DNA from: Octopus sinensis
Lineage: Eukaryota
Assembly: GCF_006345805.1 (NCBI RefSeq)
Contig: NC_043005.1
Location: 41,850,001-41,914,000 of the forward strand
Direction of reading: 5' to 3'
Length of the DNA stretch: 64,000 bases
Of this stretch, positions 29,038 through 42,770 are shown in pieces. Within the stretch, counting starts at the first letter, position 1. Each line of letters opens with the position of its first letter. The translations under genes and the position numbers were made by a program. The notes below the pieces were generated by a model. It worked only from the letters and a program-made list of their open reading frames with translations, was not told the origin of the DNA and searched no databases.

Positions 29038-29726
29038 TGGCGAGCTAGGAAAATTGTTTGCGCTGTGGTCAAAATGCTTAGTAGCATTTCGTTCGTCTTC
29101 AAGCTCTGAGTTCAAGTGCCACTGAGATCCACTTTGACATTTATCATTTCGAGTTCAATAAGATGAGTAACAGTTGAGTACATAGATCGATGTAATCGAC
29201 TAAAACCCTCCACTCAAAAACAGTTGGCCTGTTATTACTCTCTCTTTTACTCTTTTACCTGTTTCAGTCATTTGACTGCGGCCATGCTGGAGCACCGCCT
29301 TTAATCGAGCAACTCGACCCCGGGACTTATTCTTTTGTAAGCCCAGTACTTATTCTATCGGTCTTTTTTGCCGAACCGCTAAGTAACGGGGACATAAACA
29401 CACCAGCATCGGTTGTCAAGCAATGCTAGGGGGACAAACACAGACACACAAACACACACACGCACATATATATATATACATATATACGACAGGCTTCTTT
29501 CAGTTTCCGTCTACCAAATCCACTCACAAAGCTGTGGTCGGCCCGAGGCTATAGTAGAAGACACTTGCCCAAGAGTCCACGCAGTGGGACTGAACCCGGA
29601 ACCATGTGGTTGGTAAACAAGCTACTTACCACACAGCCACTCCTGCGCCTATTATTATTATTAAAATTTTATTGTTGTTGTTGTTGTTGTTGTTGTTGCT
29701 GTTGTTGTTGTTGTTATTGTTATTAC

Positions 29727-29792
<66 letters not shown>

Positions 29793-30020
29793 CATTATTA
29801 TTATCATTTTTAAGGTGGCTAGCTGGTGGAATCGTTAGCACGCCAGGAGAAATGCTTCGGGGTATTTCGTACATCTTAACGTTTTGTGTTCAAATTCCGC
29901 CGAGGTCGACTTTGCCTTTCATACTTTCGGGGTGATAAATTAAGTACCAGTGAAACACTGGGGTCGATGTGATCGACTTACACGCTCTTCCAGTGTTTCG
30001 TGCCATGTGCCTTCAGTAAA
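29038..30020. mobile_element. SINE cluster: family B (+, 29038-29232), full-length family A (-, 29235-29650), (TTG)n(TTA)n, family B (+, 29814-30020)
   Basis: Homology to other copies in window; family A ends in a (GAGTAAAA)-like tail. Confidence 0.88.
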
Positions 30021-30027
30021 AAGGAAT

Positions 30028-30058
<31 letters not shown>

Positions 30059-31149
30059 TATTATTATTATTATTATTATTATCACGTAAGAAATTGGTAG
30101 AATCGGTACAACGTCGAACAAAATGCATTGCGGTATTTGTTATGAATCTGTATATTTTAATTTCAAATCCTGCTATGTTCAGTATTCTCTTTTCTTTGTT
30201 CCGATCACGATAAAAAGATACCAGTCAAATAATTTGGTAGATATAATCGGCTATTTTTCTTTCTCGAATCTCAGATCTTGTGCCTATGTCAGATATAATT
30301 GTAATGGTGGTAGATTAGCAGGACGCATTGAGATTAGGATGATATACCTTGTGCTTCTTAATTAGATTACTTCTGTTTATGAGTTGATATCTGTACTTAG
30401 CTTTCTTATCTTCCGAGATCAAGAGAATAAGCATAAATCATACATTCGTGTCTACAAAAAATATTATAGCAGCATTGGAAGAGTTTGGTACCAAAATTAG
30501 ATCTAATTTTCAACGTGATTATATATGTTCGGATGCAGGAATGGTTCTACCGGTTTAATTTTTACTTGTGGTCATTACTATATGTATCATGAAGAGTGAA
30601 TTAGGAAGGGGCTTGAAGAACAACTGTCCAGATAGACATTTCAAAAATTTGAAGCGACTCATAACGCTCATCTCATATCGAAATCTGTCACAGGTTTACT
30701 GTCATGCTGGAAGTCACGATATAATACGACCTCGTGTTTCTATGATCAATGGGAGAATTATGACAGATATAGATTTTATATTATGTGTGATTCGCCTAAA
30801 ACAATACTCACAGAATAGACGTCGTAGCAAATTCAACACGCAATCTATATAGACAACCAGACGAATATTCAAATGTAGACGTGCGTGTATGTACACACGC
30901 ACACGCACGCACACACACACACACACCACACACACACACACACGTACACATACATACATGCATACAAACATACATTCCTACATACATACACACATACAAA
31001 CATACATGCAAACATACATACATACATACATACATACATAAATACATACATAAATTCAGAATGAAAAAGTAAAGGACAAAAATTAAAGGAAAGGATATAA
31101 GTTTTGCAGGATATTATAAGGGATATAAGTTTATGAAGTAGGAATTTGA

Positions 31150-31440
31150 GTAGACCTTTTGGGTTGTCTGGAGGAATATATAGTAGGTAAAAGATTAAAG
31201 AGAAAACTAGGATACTCTTAGGAAGCATGTTCATAATATCACTAAATTCGAAGGACAACTTCTTTCCTCCATAGCACCATCTCATATGCATGTGATATCA
31301 TAACTGATGGTTTATCCTGAGACTGAGGAAGATAAATTTTGTACAGAATTTGGAAGAGAGATTTGCTAGTTAATTTCTATAGGGTGCATGTCTGTTGAGT
31401 TGGAGTTTTAAAAGCCCAAGAACGTTAGATTTCCAGAATT
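31150..31440 (-). mobile_element. Possible degenerate APE endonuclease fragment of a LINE
   Basis: SNVLGL...FIFLS and LLYIPPD resemble N(I)RGL, LSET and YRPP motifs. Confidence 0.35.
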
Positions 31441-31503
31441 CCATATGTAAATAGTTTGAGGAACGATAGAAAAATATTAGATTTATAAGCCCTAAAATTT
31501 ACT

Positions 31504-31730
31504 CCATATGGCGTAGTGGTTAAGAGCGCGGGCTACTGATTCCGAGTTCGATTCCAAGCAGTGACCTGAACAACAGCAATAATAATAATAATAATAATAA
31601 TGATAATAATAATGATACCCAGATTCGAAATTTCCCCAAGGCTGGAGTGTATATTGGCCGAAACGTTGTGTTAACAACAAACAAGATGAGGACAAATATC
31701 CGTCGAATGTAAATAATGTAAACAATGTAG
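31504..31730 (+). mobile_element. tRNA-headed SINE with (AAT)n middle and hammerhead-like tail (family E)
   Basis: A box TGGCGTAGTGG 31509-31519, B box GAGTTCGATTCC 31544-31555, (AAT)n, tail ggccGAAACGTTgtgttaacaacaaacaagatgaggacaaatatc shared with 46850-47134 and 49905-50050. Confidence 0.8.
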
Positions 31731-31935
31731 ATGAATTTGTTTTCCAAAGCATATTTCAAAATTTTCATTTCAATATTCAGAATACTCTGCACAAAAGAAT
31801 AATTACAAATGGGTAAACTTAAAATGTAAGCGTCGTTCAGGTTTGTTCATAAATAATTTACTGCGCTTAATTTTGGTGATTGAATGAAAATGACATGTTT
31901 TGGGGTTCCTTCACGCTGAAGAAATTTAATTGGCT

Positions 31936-32055
31936 TTCTTCTTCTTCTTCTTCTTCTTCTTCTTCTTCTTCTTCTTCTTCTTCTTCTTCTTCTTCTTCTT
32001 CTTCTTCTTCTTCTTCTTCTTCTTCTTCTTTTTCTTCTTCTTCTTCTTCTTCTTT

Positions 32056-32100
<45 letters not shown>
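31936..32100. repeat. (TTC)n followed by (TAG)n microsatellite
   Basis: Directly visible. Confidence 0.97.
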
Positions 32101-32102
<2 letters not shown>

Positions 32103-32502
32103 TGCGGTAAGAGGTAACCAAATCTTGTTGCTAGGTATGGGTGGCTAAAGCATCACTTGGCAACAAAGCCACAATTAGGTTCTTGACAGAATGTGACTAA
32201 CTGCTAATTCGTTCCAAGCAAATGTGTGCGGCGTTCCAACAGCCTTTCGCTCAAATGTTCGGAGTGGCCGAGCGATAGATCGTAGAGGTTTTGAGTAACA
32301 AAACTGACGATCTGCCGGGCTTCTGCGCAGAAAAAAACGTGCCGCATTGCGAAATACAGGTAACAGCAAATTAGATACAGGAGGTAGTGAGCGGTTAAGC
32401 AATAGACAAATCATCCGGTTTGTATGACCTGTCATGTATATTTCATGGCTTATGATTTAATTTTCTTTGGTAATCGCCTTTGGTAATCGCCTACCGCAAC
32501 TA
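32099..32502. mobile_element. MITE with ~24-bp TIRs
   Basis: tagttgcggtaagaggtaaccaaa / tttggtaatcgcctaccgcaacta. Confidence 0.7.
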
Positions 32503-33239
32503 GCAACAGAGAATTACCGGTTCGACTTACAGGATGAATATGGACATTTTATCTTTTTTATATTGTCACTTAAACATGTACTAATATACCCATACGAACT
32601 AAAAATTACATATGCCATACATACGAATTTATACTCAAGGTAGAAAAGTTGCAAGTTTCGAAGCAGATATCCATTACTATTCTCCCTTTCGTGGCTTTTT
32701 AGGAAAATGTACAGATCACTGTTCAAACACCTATATCAGGCCTATTTTATTTGTGTCTGACAGAAGTTTTAATGAGATAATTTTGCCGATACTTTTCATC
32801 TTGATACTTATAAATATTTAATACGAGTAACATGCTCTCTAGATATTCCAGGACTGTCTTTCCTGTTGATAGAATTGTATATTGTCTTCACAACAACATG
32901 GTACTACCTTGGGAGTAATTATCGTAATGGCATTTTTGGAGAGTTTCAGAAACACGACATAATCGTCAATTTCGGTAGCACCAATTGAGTTTAAGGGCTT
33001 TACTATCGCTTTTGTTCATTAGGCATTTAGGTACAGTCCCCTGTTTTTAGATTGCTTTGCCTTTAGAAATCGGACGTGATGTGAGTATATATGTACGCAT
33101 GTATGTGTGTAATTTTTCTTTAGTTTTTACCCTGGTTCTTCTTAAGCGAGTTCAGGCCAGTCGCTAACAAAACGACAATTTGTTTTTTAGTTAAGAAAGT
33201 TTCCGGTGTTTGTAGAAACGTGGTTTAGTGTGTTCGTTG

Positions 33240-34270
33240 AGCTGTCGATGCATACATCCAAGCGTGTACCTCAATTCACCTGAAGACTCACAGATGGAGA
33301 ATCTTTGGAATATCATACAAAGCTTCACTGTGCTACTAATAGATTGAATTTGGAGAATCTGCGTCAGTTTCTTTTGATCTTTCTTCGAAAAACCTACCAT
33401 TTCTCGGTTTCTGTGGAAATTTGTTGGTGCATAGCTTAATGTACATATGCTGATAGGAAGAAATGAGAATTTATAGTTAGTGTACAAGAGCTTTAAGTTC
33501 GGCATTAATTCACTATAAATGTTCTCTTTTTCCTGAAATTTTGATTGAATATTTACATCTGCTGAGTAGCTGACCTCTACAACATTACATAACTTTCGTT
33601 CCTTGTCTCGCAGAATAATATCAGGTCTGTTATGTTTGCATCGAATTGCTATTTTTATTGTTCCATCAGTGTTCCTTTTTTAAAAAAGTTGTGAATACAT
33701 GCTGTTTCTGGCATTGCCCGGAATACATCTGGGCAATTCTTCCTGCAGACAGCCTTACCTCAGAAGCAAGTATTATCTTGTAGACATTTTGGAGCAGCTA
33801 CTACTGATGTGGTTAATATCTTCTTGACTAGTACCATAGAGCCGACACTTTCTATCACAATATGGAGGTTTGGTAGTATCTTTTTATCCCTCTTGTTTGT
33901 CAAGTGTTTGATAGCCATGTTCTGTTCATAAATAGCAAAAGCATATCCTTTTAGGTGGGATGTAATGTATCTATCACAGGTTCAGAAGAGGCTTCTTTTC
34001 CTGTCAATGCTGTTCTTATCCTCTAGCTTACCGGATATGTACATATGCGTTTCTTTTTGTTGGTATAACGTCTGCTTCTCTTCCAAGCTTCTGTTTAGCT
34101 GGGCCAGTCCAACCTCAATTGAATCGCACGAGACAGGTTTATTCTTAGAGTACTTGCACAGTAATTCTTCTCAAACTCTAAAAATGTTGTTGCTCTCACT
34201 TTTGAGCATGCATGGAATGTACTCATTTCTTTCCTTACTGTTCAGCAGGTGAAACAATGCGACATTCAAA
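33240..34270 (-). mobile_element. Degenerate R4/Dong-like RLE LINE, 3' part
   Basis: DRKCRLYGTSQEDINHISSSCSK (CCHC-like), CKHNRPDIILRDKE...VEVSY...QEKENIY (PD-(D/E)xK RLE). Confidence 0.8.
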
Positions 34271-34368
34271 AGCTGTTTGAACGGATTTTATGAGCCTACC
34301 ACCATCATTTCGACTCACATAAATCTATTCGGTGTCGATTTTAATGAAGATGTTGCCAGTGGTGGTCA

Positions 34369-34399
<31 letters not shown>

Positions 34400-34401
34400 T
34401 G

Positions 34402-34435
<34 letters not shown>

Positions 34436-36837
34436 TGTATGTATGTATGTATGTACGTACATACGCACTACGAACGTATATATATATATATATGTATGTA
34501 TGTATGTGTGTTTTTGTGTGTATATATATATGAATGCATGCATGTATGTATGTATGTGTGCATGTATGTGTGTATGTGTGAATATATGTGTGTATGTGTG
34601 CTTGTGTGTGTGTCTGTATGTGTGTGTGTGTGTTGTGTGTGTGTGTGTGTGTGGATGCATGTGTGTATATCTACCTAATTTTGTTGCAATGGAAATATCA
34701 AACAAAGATAGAGAGCGCGAATAAGACTTCGATAGAAAAATGAATAGAGCTAACCACATACTTTCAGTAAAATTAGAAATGTAATTAAGCAATCTATGAA
34801 AATACGTCGTCTGTGGAATGACTATGCAGTTTAGAGGTTAGTTTGTAAAGTACGAATGTTTTGATTTTCTTATAAATTTACTTCAGCGAACTTACTAATT
34901 CAAAATATAGAATTTCTCCTTATGTCTACAAATTGTGAACTATCTTGAGCAATATGTTGATTTCGTTTATGTCTCAATCGACTCAATGAGGCAGACTTAT
35001 GTCGGAAGGTTACCCAATCTGGTTTAAAGGCATTTGATCGTCTCTTTATTGTCTAGACATAGTGTGACGCAGGCTGCGTTATACAATGAGTACTGCCTTT
35101 TATGCTATTATGGTTTAGCATGAGGCAGAATTGGCTCTTATATGTCATAGATAAAAAAAGACCATCCATACAAGTTTCCTCGTTGGATCATTGGCCCACA
35201 GTTAATATTAATGTGCATAAGGATGCCCGTACGTATCTATTCGGCGACTTATTTCGATAGATCGAGTAAATTGGATGTTTAGTTGTATCTATCCAAAAAT
35301 GAGCATCCTTATTGATTTCATGTACTTATGTAATGAAAAATCTTTGTGTTTCTGTCGTGTCCAAGAACATAGAGAAGTAAGTCAATTTTCTGTTATAGGA
35401 AATTACATCAGGAACGGAAACTAGGTTTCTCAAGAGGATACCATTGACTTTACAGCAAATCCTCATATCATGTAGAGTGTATGAACAATTATGTAACAAA
35501 ATTCCAAGTAATTATTTGATGCAAGTGCCCGAATGGTTACTTACCAGTCTTAGTAGAGTTTTCTATCGTCTGAGGATTTAATGCTTCCACGTAGACACCT
35601 GCATGGAATTGTCAAAGGATTTAATTATATAATAGATATCAAACGAAAACAGTTTCCAGCGACAACTGTAGATGTGTGAGTTTATAAAATGATGAATACT
35701 TTAGCGTGTGCGTGTATGTGTGTGTGTAGTGTATGTGCGCGCGTGTGAATTTGGGCGCGTGAGTTTTCGCACGTGTGTATGTGTGTGTAATTTTCATAGC
35801 GGTTACTGATTAATCAGTAGGAAATGCACTGTGTGTGCAATATAGCTTGTGGAAATAATACTAAAGTTTGCACCGAAATATACCAAGGATTAAAACTATG
35901 TTATGTGAATACCGTTTGAGTCGTGACTATATTTCATCAATATAAGATATCATAGAAACAGATATTAATTGGAAAAGACTTCGCATTAAAAATGCAGAAC
36001 AAATACTTATGAAATTGGGAAGGTCATTTTACATCAAATCGAAATAATACTGACGTATGGAGGATGCAGTTCTTTGAAACAAATGTGTTGTGTCGTCTAA
36101 AAATGCTTGAACAGCCCCATGAGAGAGAGAGAGTGCGTGTGTGTGTGTGTGTGTGTGTGTGAGTGTGCGCGTATGTGTTTGTGAGCAGGACCTACATACA
36201 CGCCATACACGTGTATGCATACATTGGTATATTAGTCCACTGTGATCCTAAAAGATAAGAGAGATTAAATATGTACAGGATTCGATCGCAACTCTAAAAC
36301 CAAATACCAAAAATTAGCTCATTATGTTAGAACGCTCCCAAACTTGCATAATTAAATCAGACTAATACCAGCCTTGCAAAATATTTGTGAAGCCTTTTTG
36401 TTCTTATTCTCTTCATATGAATGATAAAGGATAAGTAATGTTTGCATTTATATAATTCCACTTTCTTCGTCGAGGCATTGGTCAAGTTTGCACAATATAA
36501 ACCTATTTAATTTTATTAAAACAGCAATTTGAGTGCTCCCATTCCAATCTTCACAGCCCCTTTATGAAAAAATTGTACTAATGAATGGGCTGAACCAGAG
36601 AAAAAAATATATATTATCTCACATACCACCTTTCATATTTCCCAGCTCCTAACTTTACTTTCCCTATGAACTAGAACTACTGCAAGACATTCAAAGTAAT
36701 GAGGGAGGCCACCACGGTGTTCAACTTGCTAGAAAACACCATTCTGAAATCCATCAAATTACACCAGGACCTTTGGAAAAGTGGCACATTTTCACAAGTA
36801 TTCGCTAACATAAATCACAATGATTTGCTTACAGGTA

Positions 36838-37049
36838 CGAGGGAGTAGTCAACAGTTCTTGATTTTGAGTAAAATAAAATACAGGACGAGCAGTTAATTA
36901 TGATTCTATTCAATATATTCCATTCTCAGATTCACACACTCCAGCGCTCCTTCGGTTTTTCTAGGCCCTGTAAAAGGAATTGTCAGTTTCGGCCTCCATC
37001 CAGGTTATTTGCGATACTCTTAAATCAGGAACTTTTCAGCACCCACTCG
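36838..37049. mobile_element. Mariner-type MITE
   Basis: TA-cgagggagtagtcaacagttcttg ... caggaacttttcagcacccactcg-TA. Confidence 0.65.
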
Positions 37050-38349
37050 TAGAAAGTATTTAATCATAGATGTGCTCGATATCGACTGGGGTTTAAGTAG
37101 CACCAATCATTACTACTGCTATAACAGAAATTCTTGACGTTCAACGACAACCACAACAAGCAACTCTGAGATAATTATAGTCTTAAGTTGAGAGAGCTCG
37201 ATGGTATATATTGGGAAGAGAGGAGGAGATTAATATATAAAATTAAATAAAGAGCAAGAATGAATCAACCGACTACTAAAAGGGAAAAGCCGAACAAAAG
37301 CGAAATCTTAACACAAACCATTATTAAATTATCCTCAAATAATGTAGTTTTCTTAACGTATCACAGTCTGTCCTACTTGAACTACGTAGGATACTCACCT
37401 GATTTATATATACATATATATATAATACAAAATGGGACAATGACGCAAAGCATCCAGACAGTTAGATGATACAAAAAGGGACAACAAAACATCCAGATAG
37501 ACGATACAAAGAAAACAAGGACGACTCATTCGGAGTTTTCTTTCCTCAGTCAAGTTCCAGATTATCTTTGCAATTTCGGCTGGTTATACTTGAGATTGTT
37601 CCAATCTGGTCAGTCCCAAGGAAAAACTAAGCTAAGGGCTTAGTAGAGTTCAAAGTGTTAGGGAGTGAGAGCAGGGGCATCTAATGTCTAAAAGAAATGT
37701 CTGTGTTCCTATCAAGGGAGTGGCTAAAAAGCATTTATTGAATGGATTTTTGTCCACCTATGTGTGTGTGTGTGTTTGTATTTGTATTATGCTAAATATT
37801 CTTTTACTGTTTTGAAAACTGACCAGCTGCGAGTTAATGAGCGTGAAGAAATTCTCTTGTTGAAAAAAGAATTAGGAATTTTCTTTGGGTTAGATGTATT
37901 CGTTTGAGTGTCTCCCACCTGTTTGTATGTGTTTTGTGATATTTTCTTTATTGTGTATGTGTGTGTGTTTGTGTGTAAAGAATTGTGTTTGTGTTTTTGC
38001 GATGTTTTCCTTTGTATGTGTCCGTGAGTGTATGGATGCGTGAGTGTATTTGTGCATGTGTTTGTGTGCGTATAATTTTGTGATGTTTTCTTTTTCGCAT
38101 ATGTGTGTATGTTTGTGTGCTTGGGTCTCTGATGTTTTCTATTGTATGCATGTGTGAGTGTATGTGTGTTTGTGGGTGGATGTTTTTTGGTAATGTTTTC
38201 TTTTTTGTATATGTGTGAATGTCTGTGTGTGTTTGTGTGTGTGTGCGTTTATGTGTATGTGTATGTGTATGTGTGCTCATTTAGGAGGTGACGGGAAGTA
38301 CATTTTAAAAATGATAATAATTTGTATCAAATTTTTTCTAAGTGCCTGT

Positions 38350-39620
38350 TCTTATATATTGGTTGTGGTTGTGTCTATGTTTAATTGTGGTTTATATTTG
38401 TTGATAAATTGTCTTTCTTTTTTCAGTCTTTGTTGTCTGAAGGAATCTGAGCACTTGTAGAGGGGAAATATTTTGGAATTAGGTAAGACCATTCGTGCAC
38501 AGGTTCCAATGTGGCTGCTTAAATTAATTTTCCTTGTGCTTTTGTCTCTGATCTGTTGGTGATGGGTTGTCATTGTGTTGCGTAACGATCCACCCGTCTA
38601 ACCTATGTAATTATGTTGGCAACCATGGCATGTGATTACGAAGATTAGGTTTTCTGTATTGCAGGTGAGATTAGACTTGACTTCGGACGTTTGGCCATCT
38701 TTGAATTTCAATATTGGTCCCTCAGTTAGGTAAAAGTAACAGCAGCTGCAGTTTGTTCACCCGCATTTTGTGACCGTTGGGTTGGGGGTTCTTTGTGTCT
38801 CTTTGCTCCAGTGAGAATGAGTTTAAGTGTTTTGGGTTGCCTTTTGTTTTGGATGATTTGTTGTTTTTCTAATATTTTCCTCCTTTTTTCATCTACAAAT
38901 AAGATATGGAGATTTTTGTGGATGTGATCAAATATTTCGGTGCTCCTGGGATTGGAAGTTGACACAAATGGTAAAACATTTTTCTTTCTTTCGTTCTTTG
39001 CTTTTCTAAGTTCATTGATATCTATTTGTTTTTGCCTTGTTTATTCCATTGATGATTTTTCCAGTGGGGGAGGCTCTATGGAGAAGTGTGTCCTTCAGTT
39101 CTAGTCTTTGGTCACGTTTAGATGGTTCTGATACTATGTTACAAATTTGTTTTGCCAGGTTGAAGGCAACGTTAAGTTTGGTGTGTTTCGGCTGACATGT
39201 TGTGAAAAGAATATGTACTGTTTGTAGTCGGCGGGTTTGTAGAATATGTCCGTTTCTATTTTCCCATTTTGTTTTTTGATTAGGATATCTAGAAAGGCAA
39301 GTTCTTTGGGATTAAACTCCATTGTGAATTGGACGTTATTGCTGAGGCTGTTTATCATGTTTTTGAATTCAATTAATTTGTTAATGTTTTCCTGCCGCAA
39401 AACGAAGCAATCATCCAGGTATCTTTTCCAGTTGGTTCTGTGTTGTGCATGGAGCGTGTCACCAAATATTAGAAGAGATTAGTTGTATATTTTTTGTTCG
39501 TGGAATCCCATGACTAAGTTGGCGTATGTAGGGGCTACTTTGGTTCTCATCACCGTTCCTGATGTTTGGCGGTAATCCGTACGGTTCAAGTTAGAAAAGT
39601 TTTCAAGTATGAATCTGAGT
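38350..39620 (-). mobile_element. Penelope-like retroelement (second clade), 5'-truncated and degenerate
   Basis: YRQTSGTVMRTKVAPTYANLVMG, WKRYLDDCF, FLDILI...ETDIFYKP, NLIFVITCHGCQHNYIG (GIY-YIG). Confidence 0.9.
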
Positions 39621-39678
39621 CCTGCATTGATAAAATCTTTTTTTACGTGTGTATGTATGTATGTATGTATATATATAT

Positions 39679-39712
<34 letters not shown>

Positions 39713-42624
39713 ATATATATATATATGCGTGTGTGTATGTGTGTGTGTGTGTGTGTATAAAATTAATATAGACAGCCATGTGCAGTGTGTTACGAACAAG
39801 GAAAGCTATAATTGTCTCTACATATGACTTGGGTGCTAGAACACCTACATTGCTAGAAGTAAGAGCGAGAAGCTCTAATGCTGTAGAGCGTTTTAACTCT
39901 TATATCTACCAATCTAGGTGTTCTAACACTCGAGTTATATTCAATATATCTGTGTGCGTGTGTGTGTGTACGTGTGTTATCTCTCCTTCTGTCTGTCTTT
40001 CTCTCTCTCTCTCAATATATATATATATATACACATACATATAAACTAGAAGGAAAACAGCAGCACTGAGCAAAAGTTAATTAACTAGTCAATAAACAAT
40101 GTTACATCCTGCTATATCATGTGAAATTGTTTAATGCTTTCAACAAATCGTGGGGTTACAGTGATATGTAAGTATGTGAATGAAATTATAAAAGCAGTAC
40201 TCATTCCAATAAAGCCCTAATCCGGAAACAGACCTAAAGTAACATCATAACATATATTTATTTCCACGAGTAATACCTAAATTGATGTGTGATACAGGAG
40301 TCATCAAACTTGTGATCTGTTTGTTAAATGAGAAATGAAAATTTTATGAGCCATAGTCCCGCCTAAACATTGGACCTCAACCGACTCGGAGTAACAAACA
40401 AAGAAAATTTAAATATCTTAATTGTGAATAAACAAATGGACTCTGATTAGTTTATTGAGTGCTTTCTTGCCTGCAGAGCTAAAGATAAACATGCGTCCTT
40501 ATTCCAGTCACCTCCACATATATTTGCATAATGCAACTTCCTTTTATTTCCATCTTTTTAGCGCCTAATCCATTTTTATTCACTCGTCATCATTCTTCAA
40601 TATTGTGCGAATATAAAAATAAATATGTACGTTTAGTTGTGTCTCCTAGCTAATAATCAAACGACTAAATGCGTAAGTAGCTATGTTTGCTAATGAAAGT
40701 GTGCGTGTTCTGGAGTTTAAGTGCATGCGTGTGTGTCTGCTTACTTGAATATTGTGTGCATATGTATGTACATGTGTGCGTTTGTATGTGCTTGTGTGTA
40801 TGTGTATGTCTGTCTGTCTATGTATACCTGACGTATGTAATTATGTTTAGCTGTGCCTCTCACAGTGAATTTGTATGTGTGTGCATTTAATGATGAATGT
40901 GAAAAGGAACACGACTTAAGATTTGAAATACACATAAGTAAAAAAAACAAATCCATTTCGGTCATGTTTCATCTGAATTTTTCCTTTTCTTCTTCCTGCC
41001 TTTCTTATCATTCCATCTTGATTAGTTTAACTTACTTTTTATTTTCTGTAATTGTGGACTTATTAACTGATTTTCACTCATGATTTTATTTTGTGTTTCA
41101 TCGAGGATTAATATTCTTTATTATTAATATCAATATTATTACTTTATTATTATTTCAAGTTCCTTTTCATCAAAACTTCAGTACAACAGAACAGGCAGAA
41201 ATGAAATAAAATAAAATATACTGTAAATAAAACGTGAGCTAACTTCTGAAAGATTATGTTCTTAAGAATGACTCTTTAAACTATAGCAATGTCATTCCTT
41301 CTGTTAGATAAACTGTAATGTGTTATCATGGTTATCTGGTTCTCGAAACATAGAAGGAAAATATATATAAACAATAAAAACAAATACAGCAGATGTAACC
41401 ACAAAATTTCCAACGATAAGAGAAACATAATATATTTTCGAAATAAATAGATAATTAATCCACTGAATTAGAATAGTGCTGAAAACTCAGATAAAATATC
41501 AATCGCTGAAACGTCAGAAAAGTATATCTTAAATAATAAATATCAAATCAATAAAGATATGGGACGATGTAATAATTAGATAGATAAAATGTCTGTTACT
41601 TATCTGCTTGTAAAGCAGGTAAGTAGAAAGAGAGTGTGCGAAGAGATTGACTCGTTGGCTCGGAGTCTAAGTGAACAATGTGAGGCTTACAGAGCAGCGA
41701 CAGAATCCTATTCTGAGGTGATAAATATAAAAAAGAAATTAAATAACACAATATGATTATTATAGAGATGGTTTTAAAAAACAATTACCATGAAAAGTTT
41801 TTACATTGGCTCATCTAGGGAAGTGAGTATTTACGCCTTCGTATCAAACGTTCTACTTGGTGAAGTGCAGTGACATGTTTATGAGATGTGAGGATAGGTG
41901 ATTACATGTTATTAATACTAATTTAATAGACTTCAAGTAGACATGATACTCGATCATATATATTTTAATCAAGTTATTCATTGTCAGATATTCAGCTCAT
42001 CCGTTAAATAAAACATTGTGTATCAAGGCAATAGGCAACTTTAAAGATCTAGCAGAGAAAACAAACAACTAATAGTTCGCTTTACCTACTGCCCTAATGA
42101 TCTTTCGTAAAACTTATTCTCTCCCTAAAAATACGACCTTTTCTTTTCACAAAGAAAAAATAACTATACTTATATGTAAATGAAAGACGTCAATATGGCT
42201 GTGTAATGTATAAAGTCAGGGCCAGAGCTTCAAATAAATAATACGCTGAATAATTAAATGAAAGTGTCTCATATCCTACCGCTGATACCGTAACATGGAT
42301 ATAGAGCATTACCTCAGAATAGGCTAACAAAATTCACCACTACATTTACCCGAGCGTTGAAAAGTTGATAGTTTTCTAGTTTATGTGGTGAGTTGTTTAG
42401 CGTCTCCCGTAAATATAAGTCGGTGAGTTTCTTTAAAACCAAACGTCCCTAGCATAACTTACAAGTTCAACAATAAATAAAGTGGTGATCAAGAATGTTT
42501 AATTGAGGAACTTTAAGGAATATTATCCTACAGACATTTATTAAAAATATTACATTGTAATTAAAAAGAATTCGCTTTCACAATCTCCAGTCCTTGTTGC
42601 AAGGCGATAGCTTTTGTGCCTGAA

Positions 42625-42770
42625 TTACTCTGGTAGGGCCTTCCATGCTGTGCAGACCAAAGGAAAGAAGCCAGACGAATATGGACTACCTCTTCTCAGG
42701 GGTAAATAAATGGGCTTCCTAAGGGCCAAGATCTCTGCCTAGAAAAAAGAGAAGTTACAGGAGTATAGAT
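42625..42770 (+). mobile_element. Possible RTE 5' UTR remnant
   Basis: ctggtagggccttccatgc...caaagg...gagccagacgaa-like sequence resembles RTE 5' UTRs; recalled similarity only. Confidence 0.35.

Noticed and set aside
31504-31565. Functional tRNA gene (also 1241-1315 and 47151-47222)
   Set aside because: Cloverleaf incomplete; these are SINE heads
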